Below are positions 62,278-64,000 of a stretch of DNA of 64,000 nt, piece by piece. The DNA comes from Lepidodermella squamata (taxonomy: Eukaryota > Animalia > Gastrotricha), in the NCBI GenBank assembly GCA_047495785.1, contig JBLDXI010000015.1, positions 1,488,001 through 1,552,000 of the forward strand. The letters run 5' to 3'. The notes below the pieces were generated by a model. The model was not told the origin of the DNA. It did not search any database and saw nothing but the letters and a program-made list of their open reading frames with translations. How positions within the stretch are numbered: position 1 is the first letter of the stretch; the number at the start of each line of letters is the position of its first letter. The translations under genes and the position numbers were made by a program.

Positions 62278-62986
62278 GCCAACCGAAGCATTTAGAGCTG
62301 CTGGTGAAAAAACAGCTCCTCGTTTGTTACGTAATATCGAAAAATTAATTAGAACTAAATAACTTCATTAATTAATGTTTTGCACGTGCCGGGTATTATA
62401 CCTTCTGCACCACGCGATCGTTAGAATCCACGATTATTTTTCGTAACAGCATATGTCTAAGAATTTTTTGACCTGGTGCATTCGTTTTAGCGAATTATTC
62501 AATGAACCTCCTTTGGGGTTATCGGAAGATAAGGTGCTAGTCAGTAAAATGTATGTTCAAGCTGTAGAATGAGGCATACTCAAAAATTGAGAAACCGAAT
62601 TCGATAAAATGTTTCAGGGAGTTAACTTGTTAACTAAACGATGAGGTCCAATAAGAGTTAACGGTTCTGAACCACTGTGGGCTCACAGTTCAGGTTTAAG
62701 TTTAACCACCGTTCTGCGTCGATTTACCTGGGCCCGGATAGTCCTTTGGATTTCTTCCTAATCTACAGACGCTTAGGAACCCTGCAAACTGTAAAAGAAC
62801 GAAAATCGAATGATTCTGTTGGGGGGAAAGACTGCTTTTCGGCTAGATTATACGTAACCATCACATACATTTTTTAATTTAAGGAAAAATCATGAATTTT
62901 GAGTATTTGGACGTGAGAAATTCGAACGCCCAATCTGAGATCGGCTGAAATACTCTGATAGCCTAAGACTGATAATATACTAATTT

Positions 62987-63451
62987 TTATTGTTGTGATT
63001 CAGCTGTGATATAATTGACAGTTTCTACTGCAGTAGGAGCCGGCGGTAAAAACGGCACGGCGTGAACCGGGGTCTGCGCGGCGCTCGGCGGTTCTTGGCG
63101 CTGTTTCGAGCGCGCAACCAGTTCAAGTGCGCGCTCGGCGTAGCGCGGCCAGCACCGGCTGAGGGTCTGATAGAACAGCACCTTGATTTCGAGGCGGAGT
63201 TTGTCGCTGGCGAGCGCGAATATAACGAGGTTATCGGCGTAGCTGAGGCACGTCAGCACGCTGAATGCGTTGAGGACGCTGCAGATCTGGTCGAAGAGCA
63301 GAAGCGCGTTGTCTGCGCCGTTGATGGCCTCGTACAGGCGCAGCGTGGCGCCGAGGGCGAGTTGCGGCAGCACGCACGTGAAGAAGTTGAGCGTGACGGC
63401 GGTGAGCAGGAACACGGTCGAGCGCATGCGCTTATCGACAAAAGCCGATAC
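62987..63451 (-). CDS. Last exon (TM6-TM7-tail) of a rhodopsin-like GPCR; upstream exons not identified, probably beyond the window
   Basis: RSTVFLLTAVTLNFFTCVLP (TM6), DNLVIFALASDKLR (TM7/helix 8), TAG acceptor at 63453-63452, GC3-rich codons. Confidence 0.75.
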   Translation of the reverse strand, partial: VSAFVDKRMRSTVFLLTAVTLNFFTCVLPQLALGATLRLYEAINGADNALLLFDQICSVLNAFSVLTCLSYADNLVIFALASDKLRLEIKVLFYQTLSRCWPRYAERALELVARSKQRQEPPSAAQTPVHAVPFLPPAPTAVETVNYITAESQQ

Positions 63452-64000
63452 CTATTAGCCAAATTTGACAGATTTAAAGCATGAATATTTAGTAGCTGAA
63501 AGCTTCAACCCAATTTCGGACACAAGTAGAAATAAAATTTCACAATCAATTTTTGAAATCGATTGCGATATTTCAAGCCGAATAAGATAATTATTTACTC
63601 GCAGTAGATACCTATAGTTAAAGGGTCGGTATATTCGCGTTAGAATTTTTGAATATTGACAGGGCGATTTTGACTTGAGGTACTTTTAAAAGGACTTAAA
63701 GTTGTGGATAATTAAACATTTCCTGCTTGGAAACTGGAAATGTTCAAAATTTGAAACTGAGTAAGACTCAGGCTTCGATGTCGGCTTGGACTTAACTGCT
63801 GAACATGTCCTTGTGCGCTTGTAGGATCTGAATCCTAAGTTTCTGAACCTTTCTTAAAGGTTCCGCTTACATCATGAGCCGAAAGGTCTGCTATGTGTTG
63901 AATTCATTCAACGTATTTTTCCATAATGAATCCAAAACGGATTCACTGCATTTCTTTGCAAGCTTGGATTTAAGCTTCAGAATGATCAAATTAATACGTA

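Overview
Eukaryotic (invertebrate animal) genomic DNA, not prokaryotic: compact genes with many 45-65 nt GT-AG introns, AT-rich intergenic DNA and many decayed transposons. In order, it holds a tandem array of three MINPP1/phytase-like histidine phosphatases, a Pro-rich single-TM orphan gene, a peptide-receptor-like GPCR, a TE-rich block with a 150-nt hairpin and a 7.5-kb nested foldback element (11141-18674), an unusual 2-exon P-loop ATPase, an orphan coiled-coil gene, tRNA-Ala(CGC) and a second GPCR. After these come three tandem STELLO/DUF288-like glycosyltransferase genes, intronless KIF3B, PEX5-DPP8/9-DAP3 (with Penelope-like and Harbinger relics in a DAP3 intron), a Cys-rich secreted peptide, a frameshifted two-domain C-type lectin and the last exon of a third GPCR. 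The top leads are (1) two divergent, operon-like gene clusters with unpaired splice acceptors just before the ATGs, suggesting SL trans-splicing and polycistronic transcription, (2) the cargo-carrying foldback element with a 1038-bp perfect inverted repeat, (3) the non-animal-looking ATPase, and (4) the strand-biased hairpin. All alignments were done by eye and no database searches were run.
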